35,651 nucleotides of DNA from Chiloscyllium plagiosum (taxonomy: Eukaryota). The stretch spans positions 62,001 through 97,651 of the forward strand of contig NC_057752.1 of the NCBI RefSeq assembly GCF_004010195.1, given 5' to 3'. Under the pieces are notes generated by a model that searched no databases, had not been told where the DNA came from, and saw only the letters and a list, made by a program, of their open reading frames with translations. The translations under genes were made by a program, and so were the position numbers. This document shows, piece by piece, positions 1 to 13,344 of this stretch; the stretch's first letter is position 1; the number at the start of each line of letters is the position of its first letter.

Positions 1-484
1 ACAGTTCTGGTCGCCCCATTACAGGAAGGATGTGGAAGCATTGGAAAAGGTGCAGAGGAGGTTTACCAGGATGTTGCCTGGTCTGGAGGGAAGGTCTTAT
101 GAGGAAAGGCTGAGAGACTTGGGATTGTTCTCATTGGAAAGAAGGCGACTAAGGGGTGATTTGATAGAGACATACAAGATGATCAGAGGATTAGATAGGG
201 TAGACAGTGAAACACTTATTCCTAGGATGATGACGTCAGCTTGTACGAGAGGGCATAACTACAAATTGAGGGGTGATAGATTTAAGACAGATGTCAGAGG
301 CAGGTTCTTTACGCAGAGAGTGGTAAGGGCGTGGAATGCCCTACCTGTTAATGTCGTCAACTCAGCCACATTACGGAGATTTAAACAATCCTTAGATAAG
401 CACATGGATGATTTTGGGACACAGGTCGGCGCAACATCGAGGGCCGAAGGGCCTGTTCTGCGCTGTATTGTTCGATGTTCTATG
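1..484 (+). mobile_element. CR1 LINE 3' end
   Basis: ORF2 C-terminus LEKVQRRFTRM...LFSLERRRLRGDLIETYK...FFTQRVVRAWNALP followed by a gttctatg-type tail. Confidence 0.92.
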
Positions 485-700
485 AAATCAATGTATACCA
501 CATTAACACTGTTACTATCATCAACCCTTTCTATTACCTCTTCAAAAAATTCTAGCAAGTTAGCCAAACACAATTTTCCCTCTAGAGGTCAATGCTGACT
601 CTTCCAAATCAAGCCACCTTTTTTCCACATGATTACTAATTCTGTTCTGAATAACTGTTTCTAGAAGTTTCCCCACCGCCAAAGTTAAACTTCCTAGTGT
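485..700 (-). mobile_element. older CR1 RT fragment interrupted by the + strand CR1
   Basis: CLANLLEFFEEVIERVD...VVYIDF on the minus strand. Confidence 0.8.
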
Positions 701-1170
701 ATTTTGGTCTCAATAGGGAGATCATATACAAAAAGCATATGGGTCACACTCACTGCTCAGAAATAGAATATGTGTGATTCGATACCATCAAGCAGGTATA
801 CGTTAAGTATAGCATTGGCTAGATATGGAGAAAAGCTCATGTACTGTGCTCAAACAATGAGCATAACTGCAAAAAAGGTATCCCTATATCTGTGCAACAT
901 TTCCACAAGGACCACATTATTTAGTCATATGTTTCTGCCACTCACCAATCATAGATCGGTGCCACTAATAGTTAATGAAAAAAATCATTGCTCACACCAT
1001 TTTACCTTCCCAACCTGGGATAAGTGGCCAATAAAAATCTTTGTTGCGAGTAAATTCTAGGTCAAATTGGAGTACCATATTAAAAAAATTATTAATTGTA
1101 CCTAAAATAAAGACACTTTCCTCAAGATGATATGTTAAACTAACCATATTTTCCAAGTTAACACGCATAC

Positions 1171-1328
1171 CTGATTCAATGTGACAAACTCTGCATCCAA
1201 GCCCACTAAATCACTAGGCTGGGGCATTTCATTCAGCATTAATGGAATAAAAGTTGCATGACATTTTCGCTGCTTTCTAGCGAGAGATGCCTCTGCCAGC
1301 AAAACACTTGCTTCAATTGGATTTTTTA
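1171..1328 (-). CDS. PAN2: PAN2 internal exon (start of DEDD exonuclease, ExoI motif DAE)
   Basis: ttcag|TA...CAG|gtatgc; 158 nt, (I)KNPIEASVLLAEASLARKQRKCHATFIPLMLNEMPQPSDLVGLDAEFVTLNQ. Confidence 0.96.
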
Positions 1329-2019
1329 CTGAAAGGTAAAAAATCATTCTGTGGTTACTAATGAAATAAGACATTAAAATATCAAAATATAAAACACAAA
1401 ACATAATTAGCTAGTCCAGTTACTAACTAGGGATGAGAAAATATTGCAAATTTAAATCACCTGTATGAGGAAAGTTTTCCTAAATTGAAAACAGGGTTAC
1501 AAAATTGAGCCAGATGATGACTCCGGCATTTTGACCATTTACAAAATGGGTGCCTCATATTTGCTACATCAAAACCAGAATGGCAAACTGTGCACACTAT
1601 TCAAAAGACATTACCACTGGCTTACGTGCTTGAGACACACTTAATAGATATTTATTACATTGACAAAAATTGAAATTTTTACTGATGCATCTAAATTTAA
1701 AACATTTTTAGAGAAATACAAAGACAATTGGACACAGATAAGAAATGCATTTGATTCTTTTCTCAGGAAAAGAAATAATCAGCTGTATTTTCAAGGTTAC
1801 CAGCAAAGACCCATCCGACTGACTGTTTTGATGATGTTAATTATATGTAATGCTAGTAAAGAAGGGATTTTAAAATGTCAGAATATGAAAACGATAAAAG
1901 AATAATTGAAAAACACACAGACCACTTTAAATAGTTTACAAAAAAGAAAATCCTGCAGCATTTAAAACCTTCCCTGATGATACAGAACTCCAACTGACAC
2001 CGACATTTTAAGCAACTAG

Positions 2020-2190
2020 TAACTGGAATTCCCTGAAATCAACTGAAACTCTCTCCTGAACAGCACTGTGGACTGCACTGTTCAAGAAGATAACTCACCG
2101 AGTTCTTCTTGAGGGCAACTAAGGACAGTCAATAAATGCTGGTTGAGCCAGTGACACCTATATTCCAGGAGTGGATGTATAAAAAAAAAT
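2020..2190 (+). mobile_element. LINE/SINE 3' tail fragment (L2-like)
   Basis: ttcaagaag...aataaatgctgg...A-run; homologous to 13990-14311. Confidence 0.55.
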
Positions 2191-2289
2191 TGCTTCTCCT
2201 TTATGAAGCACATCCTAGTTGCCTGGCACACATTTATGTTTGAGGTAGTATTCTGTGGTGAGTTGAATGAGCTCTCGAGTTGAATAAGA

Positions 2290-3930
2290 GAGATAGGAGA
2301 GGCGCTAAATGAATATTTTTCATCAGCATTCACACCGGAAAAAGACAATGTTGTTGAGGAGAATACTGAGATACAGGCTATTAGACTAGATGGGATTGGG
2401 GTTCACAAGGAGGTGCTAGCAATTCTGGAAAGTGTGAAAATAGCTAGGTCCCCTGGGCCGGATGGTATTTATCCTAGGATTATCTGGGAAGCTAGGGAGG
2501 AGATTGCAGAGCCTTTGGCTTTGATCTTTATGTCATCATTGTCTACAGGAACACTGCCAGAAGACTGGAGGATAGCAAATGCTGTCCCCTTGTTCAAGAA
2601 AGGAAGTAGAGACAACCCTGGTAATTATAGACCACTGAGCCTTACTTGAGTTGTGGGTAAAGTGTTGAAAAGTGTTATAAGAGATAGGATTTATAATCAT
2701 CTAAAAAGGAATAATTTGATTAAGGATAATCAACATGGTTTTGTAAAGGGGAGGTCGAGTCTCACGAACCTTAGTGAGTTCTTTGAGAAGGTGACCAAAC
2801 AGGTGGATGAGGGTAAAGAGTTTGATGTGGTGCATACGGATTTCAGTCAAGTGTTTGATAAGGTTCCCCATGGTAGGCTATTGCACAAAATATGGAGGTA
2901 TGGGATTGAGGGCAATTTAACGGTTTGGATCAGAAATTGGCTAGCTGAAAGAAGACAGAGGGTGATGGTTGATGGGAAATGTTCATCTATACCACAAGGA
3001 TCTGGTTTGGGGCCACTGCTGTTTGTCATTTTTATAGATGACCTAGATGAGGGCATAGAAGAATGGGTTAGTAAATTTGCGGATGACACTAAAGTCAGTG
3101 GAGTTGTGGACAGCCTGTAAGGATGCTGCAGGTTTCAGAGGGACATAGGTAAGTTGCAAAGCTGGGCTGAGAGGTGGCAAATGGAGTTTAATGCAGAGAA
3201 GTGTGAGGTGATTCACTTTGGAAGGCGTACTAGAATGCAGAGTACTGGGCTAATGGTAAGATTCTTGGTAGTGTGGATGAGCAGAGAGATCTCGGTGCTC
3301 ATGTGCATACATCCCTGAAAGTTGCCACCCAGGTCGATAGAGTTGTTAAGGCGGCATATGATGTGTTGGCTTTTATTGGTAGAGGAATTGAGTTTCGGAG
3401 CCATGAGGTCATGCTGCAGTTGTACAAAACTCTGGTGCGGCAGCACTTGGAGTATTGCGTACAGTTCTGGTCACCGCATTATAGAAAGGACATGGAAACA
3501 TTGGAAAGGGTGCAGAGGAGATTTACCAGGATGTTACCTGATATGAAGGGAGGGTCTTATAGGACTGCTTTCGTTCGAGAGAAGCAGGTTAAGGGGTGAC
3601 TTAATAGAGACATACAAAATGAGCAGAGAATTAGATAGGGTGGACAGCAAGAGGCTTTTTCCTCTGATGGTGATGGCTAGCAAGAGGGGATATAGCTTTA
3701 AATTGAGGGGTGATAGATGTCAGCGGTAGGTTCTTTACTCAGAAAGTAGTAAGGGCATGGAATGCCCTGCCTGCAACAGTAGTAGATTCGCCAATGTTAA
3801 GGGCACTTAAATGGTCATTGGATAAATACATGGATGATATGGAATAGTGTAGGTTAGATGGGCTTCAGATTAGCTTCACAGGTTGACAATATCGATGGCC
3901 GAAAGGCCACTACTGCATTGTAATGTTCTA
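2290..3930 (+). mobile_element. 5'-truncated, degenerate CR1 LINE (RT domain to tail)
   Basis: SPGPDGIYPR, PLFKKG..NYRP, QHGF, PQGS.LGP.LF, FADD and LEYCVQFWSP motifs broken by stops and frameshifts. Confidence 0.95.
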
Positions 3931-3964
3931 AATATACTGTCGCAAAACAGAGCAAAAGCTGCTA

Positions 3965-4140
3965 CTTGTAGAATTTAGAAGAATGAGAGGTGATCTCATG
4001 AAAATAGATAGGAATGGGGCTTGACACGTTAAGTGCTGAGAGGATATTTCCCCTTGTCAAAAAGTTTAGGACCAGAGTGCATTGTCAGAGGATAAAGGGG
4101 TGTCAATTTAAAATTGAGATGAGGAAGAATTTCTTTGCAG
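3965..4140 (+). mobile_element. CR1 fragment
   Basis: agaatgagaggtgatctcat...gagatgaggaagaatttctt. Confidence 0.7.
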
Positions 4141-4702
4141 CAGACATTACCCACAGCTGTTGGTGGTCTTTAAAACGGATGAAAAATACATATTAAGCAT
4201 TGCAACTTAAATTTAAAAACTAAGTTGGTCATGGAACCTTAATTTAGGGCATGTGCTATGAAATTTCTGTTTCTTGCTCACCCCCAGCTAATCAATTCCC
4301 TATCAGCTTTCTCTCCATCTTCCCAAAAAGGACAGAGCGAGGAGAGCTGAAGCTATTTGTAGCTAACCCCATTTACTACTCCAGTGGACGTCAGCAAATT
4401 TATCAGAGACTGGTCATCAAATCTGGCATATTTCTATAAAGCATCTTTGTCTGAGATAGCTATCAAACAGGATGACCCACATGTTCTTGCCTTATTTGCT
4501 AATACATAGTTCTCAAACAATCAGATAACTGCACCATATAAAACAATACAGAAATCATGCAATAGTGAGTTGGGAGTGTGGGGCAGAGAAAAAGAGAGGG
4601 AGCAGCTGAGGGAAGGGACAGTAGATTTGGGCTTCTTCTAGATCAAGCTATGCTTCTCCAGTCAACAATTTATGATTCAATAATTCAATAAATGTTACCT
4701 AC

Positions 4703-4793
4703 TTGTTAAATCATACTTGGAATTCAAATTTCGTCTAGCGTAATACAGAATACAGGGGATCTTCCAACTCAAATCAAACTGCACAGCCTCACA
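4703..4793 (-). CDS. PAN2: PAN2 internal exon (end of USP domain)
   Basis: tgcag|TGT...A|gtaggt; 91 nt, CEAVQFDLSWKIPCILYYARRNLNSKYDLT. Confidence 0.94.
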
Positions 4794-5507
4794 CTGCAAA
4801 AAAAAAAGTCAACTCTCAAGTAAACTGCAATCTCAACAATATTCCAAGAATTCTCACTGGTCACCCATTCAAAATAATTTGTTTCTTTCAATTCCCATGT
4901 GGCATATGTTGATACTCTGGTCTAAGTGGTTAGTCAGGTGTGCTATTCAGCAGACTTCTTGCCAACATTACTCTGTCAGCTTCTGCAAGGTGATGTGTAA
5001 CAATGATCCTTCATGTCCGAGAAGCTGTTAGCCTTCATTTTGGATCTTACTCCTTATCCTTCCCACTTCCGATTAGCTCACTAACAATGAAACCTTATTA
5101 TACATTGAATCAGAGAACAAAGTTGCATTACCTCAGTATGGCAAAGTCACTCAGATGCTGATGTACTGTACCGTACTGTACTTGGCTGTTCACTTTGTTA
5201 TAGTTGAGGCTGATAAACATAAATACATTTTTGTTCTGAGGAAATGTACTTTTTGCCCTCCACCAACTTACTCTACATCACCTGAAATTCTGCAAGTGGT
5301 CTTTTCTCTGCATGATGAAGTTCATAGCTGAACTCTCAGTTCCCTGGAGCAACAGCAATCGGAACCTTAGCACCACAGTGGGTCACTCATGACTGCAGTG
5401 TACTTAATAGTCCTATTGACATAACCACTTTACTTCGACTAGAGTGTGTGTGTCTGTATGTGTGTATGCCTTTACATAAGAAATCTTTTATCATGATAAG
5501 TTATGTA

Positions 5508-5738
5508 CAGATAGTCCCCAGATTGTGAACGGTTTCTGTTCTTGAATCCATTTGCAAGTCAATTTGTACACAAGTTGGAACACAATGTAGAACAATATAA
5601 AATTGGCATTCAGAAGTACAGAAAATGTTTACATGCTGAATCTTTAAAAATAATATTAATACACCCATGACACAAAAACAGAAATTGCAGTTAATACTCC
5701 GTGTATTGGTTCATGTTTGGAAGTCGAGGTCCCGCTGT
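5508..5738. mobile_element. degenerate Tc1/mariner (Tigger-like) MITE
   Basis: ta|cagatagtcccc start and gaggtcccgctg end form weak terminal inverted repeats. Confidence 0.4.
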
Positions 5739-5877
5739 CTACTTGGGGGTAAAAAAAAATCACAAAAGGTATATGAATTAAAAAATAGAAGGAAACAGAA
5801 TTCTTTCATTTTCCTTCCCCCTCAACATGGTTTCAAAGTAACGTAATTGAAAAGATAAAGTCACTATCATTTATTAC

Positions 5878-5937
5878 CTTGTCAATTGGTTCAATGAGAA
5901 AGTCATTAAACAGATACCACTGTTTATGAGTGACGCC
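5878..5937 (-). CDS. PAN2: PAN2 internal exon
   Basis: tttag|GGC...AAG|gtaata; 60 nt, GVTHKQWYLFNDFLIEPIDK. Confidence 0.95.
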
Positions 5938-6187
5938 CTAAAACACAAAGAAATTGCATGAGATATACACAATAAATCCTGCCTTAAGGTAGCAGTTTTC
6001 AGACATTGCTGCACTGGGGAAATAGCCATTTCCATTTGTAATACAAATAGCCATAGCCATTTGTAAATAGCCATTTCCAAGGACCCCCGTTATAAATCCA
6101 AAGGACAGTGCCAGTTACTCAAATAAAAACAATATAATTACTTCAGAGAATGTTGTGGTTCTGTTTGCCAAGCTGTGAATTTGTGTT

Positions 6188-6227
6188 GCAGATGTTTCGT
6201 CCCCTGTCTAGGGGACATCCTCAGTGC
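6188..6227 (-). ncRNA. hammerhead motif, inverted copy (PAN2 sense strand)
   Basis: gca CUGAGGA u guccccu-agac-aggggac GAAA ca UC ugc; stem III loop is ACAU instead of palindromic ACGU. Confidence 0.72.
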
Positions 6228-7450
6228 TTGGGAGCCTCCTGTGAAGCGCTGCTGTGTTGTTTCCTCCGGGATTTAGTGGTTTGTCTCTGCCGCTTTCGGT
6301 TGTCAGTTCCAGCTGTCCGTTGCAGTGGCCGGTATATTGGGTCCAGGTCGATGTGTTTGTTGATAGAATCTGTGGATGAGTGCCATGCCTCTAGGAATTC
6401 CCTGGCTGTTCTCTGTTTGGCTTGTCCTATAATAGTAGCATTGTCCCAGTCGAACTCATGCTTGTCATCTGCGTGTGTGGCTACCCGTTTTTGGCGAATA
6501 CATTGTAGAGGTGTTCTTCTTCCTCTTTTTGCAGTTCTGCACGCACCTGATCATCAACTCCACACTCACAGGAATCAGATTCACTGGAGAGGAAGAAAAG
6601 GACAACCAACTCCCATTCCTAGATGTGATGGTACAGAGAACACCGAACGGAGAATTCACCACAAAAGTATACAGGAAAGCCACACACACAGACCAAGTCC
6701 TGAACTACGAAAGCAACCACCCAAACACACACAAAAGAAGTTGCATCAAGACACTGTTCAAAAGGGCCACAACACACTGCAGTACACCAGAACTGCAAAA
6801 AGAAGAAGAACACCTCTACAATGTATTCGCCAAAAACGGGTACCCCTGCAATTTCATCAACAGATGCCTAAGGGAAAGACAACGGAATGAGGACATGCCA
6901 CAACCCAAAGGACTAGCCACGTTACCATACATCAAGAACATTTCTGAACTGACAGCCAGATTACTATGACCACTAGGACTCATAACAGAACACAAACCAA
7001 CAGCCACTCTCAGACAACAACTCACCAGGACAAAGGACCCGATACCCAGCATGAGCAAAACCAATGTAGTGTACAAAATCCCATGCAAGGACTGCACAAA
7101 ACACTACATAGGACAAACAGGAAGACAGCTAACAATCCGTATCCGTGAACACCAACTAGCCACAAAACGACACGACCAGCTATCCTTAATAGCCACACAC
7201 GCAGACGACAAGCAACAGGAGTTCGACTGGGACAACACTACTATTATAGGACAAGCCAAACAGAGAACAGCCAGAGAATTCCTAGAGGCATGGCACTCAT
7301 GCACAGATTCTATCAACAAACACATCAACCTGGACCCAATATACTGGCCACTGCAGCGGACAGCTGGAACTGACAACCGAAAGCGGCAGAGACAAACCAC
7401 TATAAATACCGGAGGAAACAACACAGAAGCGCTTCACAGGAGGCTCCCAA

Positions 7451-7490
7451 GCACTGAGGATGTCCCCTAGACAGGGGATGAAACGTATGC
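7451..7490 (+). ncRNA. minimal type I hammerhead ribozyme motif in PLE terminus
   Basis: gca CUGAGGA u gucccCU-agac-AGgggau GAAA cg UA ugc: core, stem II and 3-bp stem I present. Confidence 0.8.
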
Positions 7491-8472
7491 AACACAAATT
7501 CCCAGCTCAGCGAACAGAACCACAACAACAAGCACCCGAGCTACAAATCTTCTCACAAACTTTGAATACTTCAGGAGAATATTATTATGAATATTGCTGG
7601 TAAGTTGCATTTATCTGCTTTGATGGAAACTGGAGTCCAAGGAGGAAAAAAGGAATCTAAAGTGGTGGTGATTCAGAGAGAAAACCTTGACAACTACCAA
7701 CATATGACTTCTAAAAATGAAAAAAAGAGTCTGTCATATTTTACAACTGGCAATTGCCATTAGGCAAATTGGCATCTCCGCTTATTGAAATTTCACATCA
7801 TAAAATTGCACTTCCATTGGTCAGAGTTTTGGAAGGACTGTGGAAAGAATTTTAACATGGATATAACAAGGTCAACTGACAATCTGCCGGTATTTCATTT
7901 CTTAACATTGTATAAATCTAGCTTTTCCCCTCTAATAAAACATAATGCTGCAGTTGAGACAACAGCTTTATTTACAGCAGACTAAGCCACTCCCAGTACC
8001 GCTGCAAAAAACATCAGGCAGTGAAAATAACTGGCAGAAAAGGAAGGCAATCTTACTGATTTTTTTTCAAATAGTCATCATAAATTTAGATACTGATCCA
8101 TAAAAATGAAACTGACTACATTTTTTGGTAGTTGTAAGTTTAAGGCAGGACTGGGGCTGGGGTGATCACAAGTGTTTGGAACACGTTTCCTTGCAATTTC
8201 CTTCAGCATAATTTGAAGTACAAACTATACCAAATACTTCATTAATATATGAATTATAAAAGTATATTTTCAATTATATTAATGGCAATCCATGATTATC
8301 AACTGTTCATTAAAAGATTTATTTTGAAAAGGGAAGCAGATGGAATTTTGCTGATGAGATGTACTATAAATCGGTCAATAAATAACTTTTTTGCTTCTGA
8401 TAATACCACTGATACACTAAAATATGACAGTTTCAAGACCTGTTAATTTAGGAATTAGATCCATACTTATAC

Positions 8473-8610
8473 CTCCTTTCGTTGATGATACGTTTCGCCA
8501 ACCTTGATATGGGCTACAAGATTTCCACCAGTCCGAGGGTCTAAAATGTGGGCCACTGTTACCACCAGATCATATAGGTAGGTGCTCTCCTCATCTTCTG
8601 AAGGGTTCAA
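8473..8610 (-). CDS. PAN2: PAN2 internal exon (degenerate His box)
   Basis: tgtag|TTG...GAG|gtataa; 138 nt, LNPSEDEESTYLYDLVVTVAHILDPRTGGNLVAHIKVGETYHQRKE. Confidence 0.94.
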
Positions 8611-9574
8611 CTACATATAAGGACCAAAGTAAATAATAAGCCACCTCAGGGTGCTCACTGACTTATACATATCAAACAGGTTATAATTTGAGAATTTTAA
8701 AGAAATACAAACAATGAAAGCTGCTTTTTGATGCCAATTACTTCAAAATAGATTTATGTCATTTACATAAAACTGCACTGTTTCAGTATAAAGTTGGAAA
8801 TGTGCAATGTCTAACACAGCTTTAAAAGTAATGCCCCAGATCTCTTCCAGGTCTTCCTTCCCACAGAACACTCAAAATGAATTATTCAACATTGCCCTGT
8901 GGTTTCGTTCTCTAATTTACACAGAGCGCTTCAGTTTGCAGAAACGTAGATCTGAACGACAAATCAAATATATCTATACTATTCGGCTAGTCCGGCTATT
9001 CTTTCACAAGAGGATTTTAACAATTTAAAAATAGCATGAAAATTTGGAAATCAGACTTACAGAACATTATAATTAAAAGTCTTAATTTCCTGTGTCTTTA
9101 TTACAAATAATGTTTAAGGTGTCCAGAGACTAAACACATGGTACTTCTAACCCCTTTAAGGAACTCTGAGACAGAATACAGGAAAACATATTTCCAAACC
9201 AGATGCAACAAGTAGCAGTAAATAAAATTAATGGAAAACATTTCTGAAACCTGTTACAACTAAACTGAAGCTTGGCTATATTAGATTTTACAAGCTATGA
9301 TAGAGAAAGCAACATAGGTCCAGAACAGGGAACTTCAATCCTCCAGCATATTACAAGGGCCGCCCACGTTATGTTCACACTGATACCAGGTTTCTGCCAG
9401 TTAGACTTGAAGTGAGTTGTGTAAATGGCAATGCATCCTCGAGTAGCTATAACAAGTATAGTACTGTATTTATCCAGCCAATACCTATGAATGTGTGACT
9501 ATGCAAAATGAGTTAGTTACATAACCACAAAGGAATACTAACAGTTTCACTCTTCCAACTTCACCATCAAGATA

Positions 9575-10475
9575 TTAAGTTAGGTAGCATTGTAGACAGT
9601 ATAGATGATTACATAAAATTGCAAAGGAATATTGATAGACTAGGCAAATGGGCAAAACTGTGGCACATGGAATTCAGTGTATGTAAATTTGAGGTTATCC
9701 ACTGTGGACTGAAAAAGGATAGCTCAAGGTTCTTTCTGGATGGTATGAAGTTAAATACAGTGATGTCCAAAGAGACTTGGAATTCAGGTGCACAGACCTT
9801 TAAAATATCAAGAACAGGCGCAGAAAATAATCAGGGCAGCAAATGAAATACTGGGCTTTATATCTTGAGGGCTGGAGTATAAGGATGCAAAAGTTATGTT
9901 GCAGCTATACAAAACCGTGGTTGGACCCCGCTTGGAATACTGAGAGCAGATCTGGGCACCACACCTTAGGAAGGATATATTGGCCTTGGAGGCAGTACAA
10001 TGTAGGTTTACAAAATTGATACCTGAATTTCATGGGTTAAGTTAATGGAAAGTAAATACAAATAAAGCCAGTTTTCTATGGAATTTAGATGGTTAAGGGG
10101 TGATCTAATTGAAGTCTTCAGGATATTAACAGTAAAAGACAGGGTAGATAAAGATAAACTATTTGCATTTGTTGGGGATTCTAGAACTAGGGTGCAATAT
10201 CCAAACGTTAGGGCCAGACCATTCAGGAAAGAACTTCGGAAGCACTTTTAGACACAAAGAATGGTAGAAGTTTGGAAGTTTCTTCCACAAATTGCAGTTG
10301 ATGCGAGATCAGTTGTTAGTTTTAAATCTGAGACAGATAAACTTTTCTTAAGCAAAGATATTAAGGGATCTGGCCCAAAAGCAGGTATATGGAGTTAGGC
10401 CACAGATCAGCCACGATCTCACTGAATGGCAGAAGAGATTCAAGGGGCTAAATGGCCTATTCCTGTCCATATGTA
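9575..10475 (+). mobile_element. degenerate CR1 LINE 3' part
   Basis: LQRNIDRLGKWAKLWHMEFSV.KFEVIH and downstream CR1 ORF2 and tail remnants. Confidence 0.85.
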
Positions 10476-11650
10476 CAGTATTATAAAAACTAGAAGAAAA
10501 CATTCTGCAGACATATCTATAATTAAGAAAAAAAAAATCACCAGGTATGAACTGCAAATGTAACTGTCCGAGAAGATTTATGTTTAAACAATCTTACTCC
10601 ATTTTGTGGTTCTCAAATATTCATGTTTTTCCCCATGTTTTGGAAAAGATACTAACTGCCTCCCCTTCAGAAAAACATGTGCACATAATTTACCATGTGA
10701 TGAAAGGTGCAAGTTTCATGATATGAATATCATTTTTCAAGTTTTGCTTTCAAAACAGGTGCTGGTAAGCATTGGCTACTTCTGTGAAAGCTCTTTTTAG
10801 AGAAAAAGTTCAGAGATAAGGTTACAGTGTCCACCAGGAACAAAGGCTAAATCCAGCATTTTTGTCAGAAAGAGGACAACAACTAACATCCATGATGTTA
10901 ATGAAAGATGTTTATACTGTTGGGTTTATGACAAGGAAGGATGTAAGGCTATTAGCTTTGTTTTCAGTTCAGAAGAAATTAAAATGAGCAAACTTTAATT
11001 CAGTTCAAAAGCAAGATTTTCAGTTTAATTCAGGAGACATTTGATGAGTTTAAAAAATGTTCAGGGCAACTCAGGCAACAAAATCATGTCAGCAGGAAGG
11101 TTTAGTTTGTGAAATTTCTAAATGAGGAAAGTTTGCAGGTCATTAGAACGAAGTAAGTTTAGGCTCTCAGATTTGTGAAAAGTTTCTGACAGCAAATTTG
11201 GAAATGACTCAGTAAATTGTCCTCAGTCTAAAGCAAAGAAAATATCAAGAATCAGTTAAGTAGAATTTTAAAGTGTTGAACCAGGAGGAGTAAATCATCT
11301 GGACTCTCAAGATTCTACAATAGACAGCATCAGGAACAAAAGCTGAACTGTTGTTTTGCTGTGTGTTTTGAAATCATTCTCTTTCATATATCATATATAT
11401 GCTAAAAGAAAATCTGCAGCCTTGTATGAATATGTCTCAGTGGCTAACCACCATGTTAAATAACTAAATAAAGAAGAAAATGAAGATATGATATATTGAA
11501 CTGACTTGCCTAGTAGTATGAACAGCTGGGATCATAATTTCCACTTCTAAACTCAAGCTACTCTGTAAGTAGCAATTAAACCACATACAGGAGCTCATCT
11601 TCATTTAAGGTTTGAAAATAAAGAATCACAAGTTAGAAATAGTTACATAC

Positions 11651-11792
11651 ACCTTCATTTTCAGTCCAGTTTGTGACTTCCAGCTCTTTTGTTTTAGTGA
11701 GCTTCATCTTGATAGAACATGGGATCCATATATTTTTCAGTTCCTCAATTGATGTATAGAAGCTCAGTCCTTCTGCATTACAAAGTGCTTCC
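11651..11792 (-). CDS. PAN2: PAN2 internal exon
   Basis: tccag|G...GGT|gtatgt; 142 nt, (W)EALCNAEGLSFYTSIEELKNIWIPCSIKMKLTKTKELEVTNWTENEG. Confidence 0.92.
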
Positions 11793-12479
11793 CTGGAAAA
11801 AAAATGTCTTGGTTTGCAAATGGAACGTCATATCACCATTTGTTAAGTTAGGTGGAAACTGGGCAGTTTTTATGTTTTAGGATATTTTAGAAAACCCCTT
11901 GAAATTAAATTTTAAAAATTCAAAAAGATGAATCATCCCAGATAACGAGGGATATAGCACTAAATACATGGATTGAGACAAAGTCTTTTATCAGTTTTGC
12001 AAATGATATAAATACCATAAAGATACAGCACTTATGGGTTATTTTAGTTAAAACATAGTTATGTGTGGTTTCAGATAGAATAACAGTTGGAAAAGTAACA
12101 ACCTTTCTTTCCTTTTGAGAAAGATGGCCTACTTGGTAAACAGAAAGTGATACAACTTTGTATGGGACTGTAAATGAAATTGGCATTGTTTTTCCTCTAA
12201 ACTTCACTTTGATGTAGGATGTTCATGGATTTCCTGTTTTTTCTCCCCAAGAGATGGTGGCTGGCCTTGTTCAGAAGGTGCATAGGTCTCAGTTCTGTAC
12301 AGAATTGCTGGCTGGTTTTACTCCAAAGGAACTGTGCTCTTTGGAGCAAACTGACAACCAGAACATCGAACAATAATTTGCTGTTGCAGCTGATCTCCAG
12401 ACAATTAAAACCAATCACACACAGCTGCATTATCAGAGTAGCAGAAGGTGGAAGTGATCTTCAACAAGATTTAGTGCTG

Positions 12480-12830
12480 AGATCACAGATGTTCACAGTT
12501 TGCATTAACAATTTGAACTTTGGAATTAAAAATCCAATTTCCAAATTTGAGGTGACACCAGATTGATAGCAGAATAATCAACATTGAGGACGGCAACAAA
12601 TTACAGGAGAATGGTAAGAATGTCGAACTCACTCCAACAGGGAGTGGTTGAAGAGAATAGTACTGATGCATTTAAGGTCAAGATAGTCAAGCATATGAGG
12701 GAGAAGGGAATAGACGATTACACTGTAGATTCAGATGAGAAAAGATTGAAGAACACTCAGTTGGAATTGAAACACTGGTAGGGACTCGCTGGGCAGAATA
12801 ACTTGTTTCTGTGCCATAAATCCTATGTAA
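12480..12830 (+). mobile_element. fragmented CR1
   Basis: ISKFE..., gatgcatttaagg...catatgagggagaagggaata tail. Confidence 0.6.
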
Positions 12831-13344
12831 ACAATGCTCCACGTTCTTCAAACATGACTCACTGGAACTTTTGATGGCAATACCACTACCTTTTTATTAA
12901 AAGTTTCTTAACTTCGACTGAAACTTCTGAAAGCCTGAGAGTTCAGTTTTCAACCAAATACATTTTTAAGATCTAACAAGCTCTATCATAAGACAGATTT
13001 TGGGAACAGCAAAACAATTAGTGACAGGCTGGTAAGGGACCAAAGGGGAGGTAATATTTGTCAGTTAGTCCTTTGAGGAGTTAACAGCAATGGGTCAGGT
13101 CACTCAACCAGTAATCCAGAAGTGTGGACTAGTGTTCCAGACACAAGTTGAGATCCCATACCACAGCAGCTCAGGAACTTAAATTAAATAAACCTGGAAT
13201 AAAAAGCTATTAGAATATTGTTGACCAGGAAACTACCAGATAATTATAAAAACCCATCCAGTTCACTTATGTTCTTTAGAGAAGGAAGCTCACTGTGTTT
13301 ACCCAGTCTGGTCTGTATCTGGTCTCTACATCCCATCAGATCCT

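Larger units (their letters stand above)
6151..7566 (+). mobile_element. Penelope-like retroelement, 5'-truncated, with inverted terminal arm
   Basis: RT C-terminus (LPFLDV, VYRKATHTDQ.LNY.SNHP) and GIY-YIG (VVYKIPC..C..YIGQTGR) in one frame with a single TGA at 6967-6969; 6151-6539 is an inverted copy; imperfect target duplication tacttcag(g)agaat at 6139-6151 and 7567-7580. Confidence 0.93.

Noticed and set aside
32..598. 188-aa ORF as a host gene
   Set aside because: CR1 ORF2 C-terminus reading through into an antisense CR1 fragment.
6020..6080. Local aaatagccat repeats
   Set aside because: Short slippage duplications with no further structure.
6150..6890. 246-aa ORF as a novel gene
   Set aside because: Antisense and off-frame reading across the inverted Penelope arms.
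8014..8081. Second C/D-like box pair on the minus strand
   Set aside because: No terminal stem; only non-contiguous resemblance to an 18S target.
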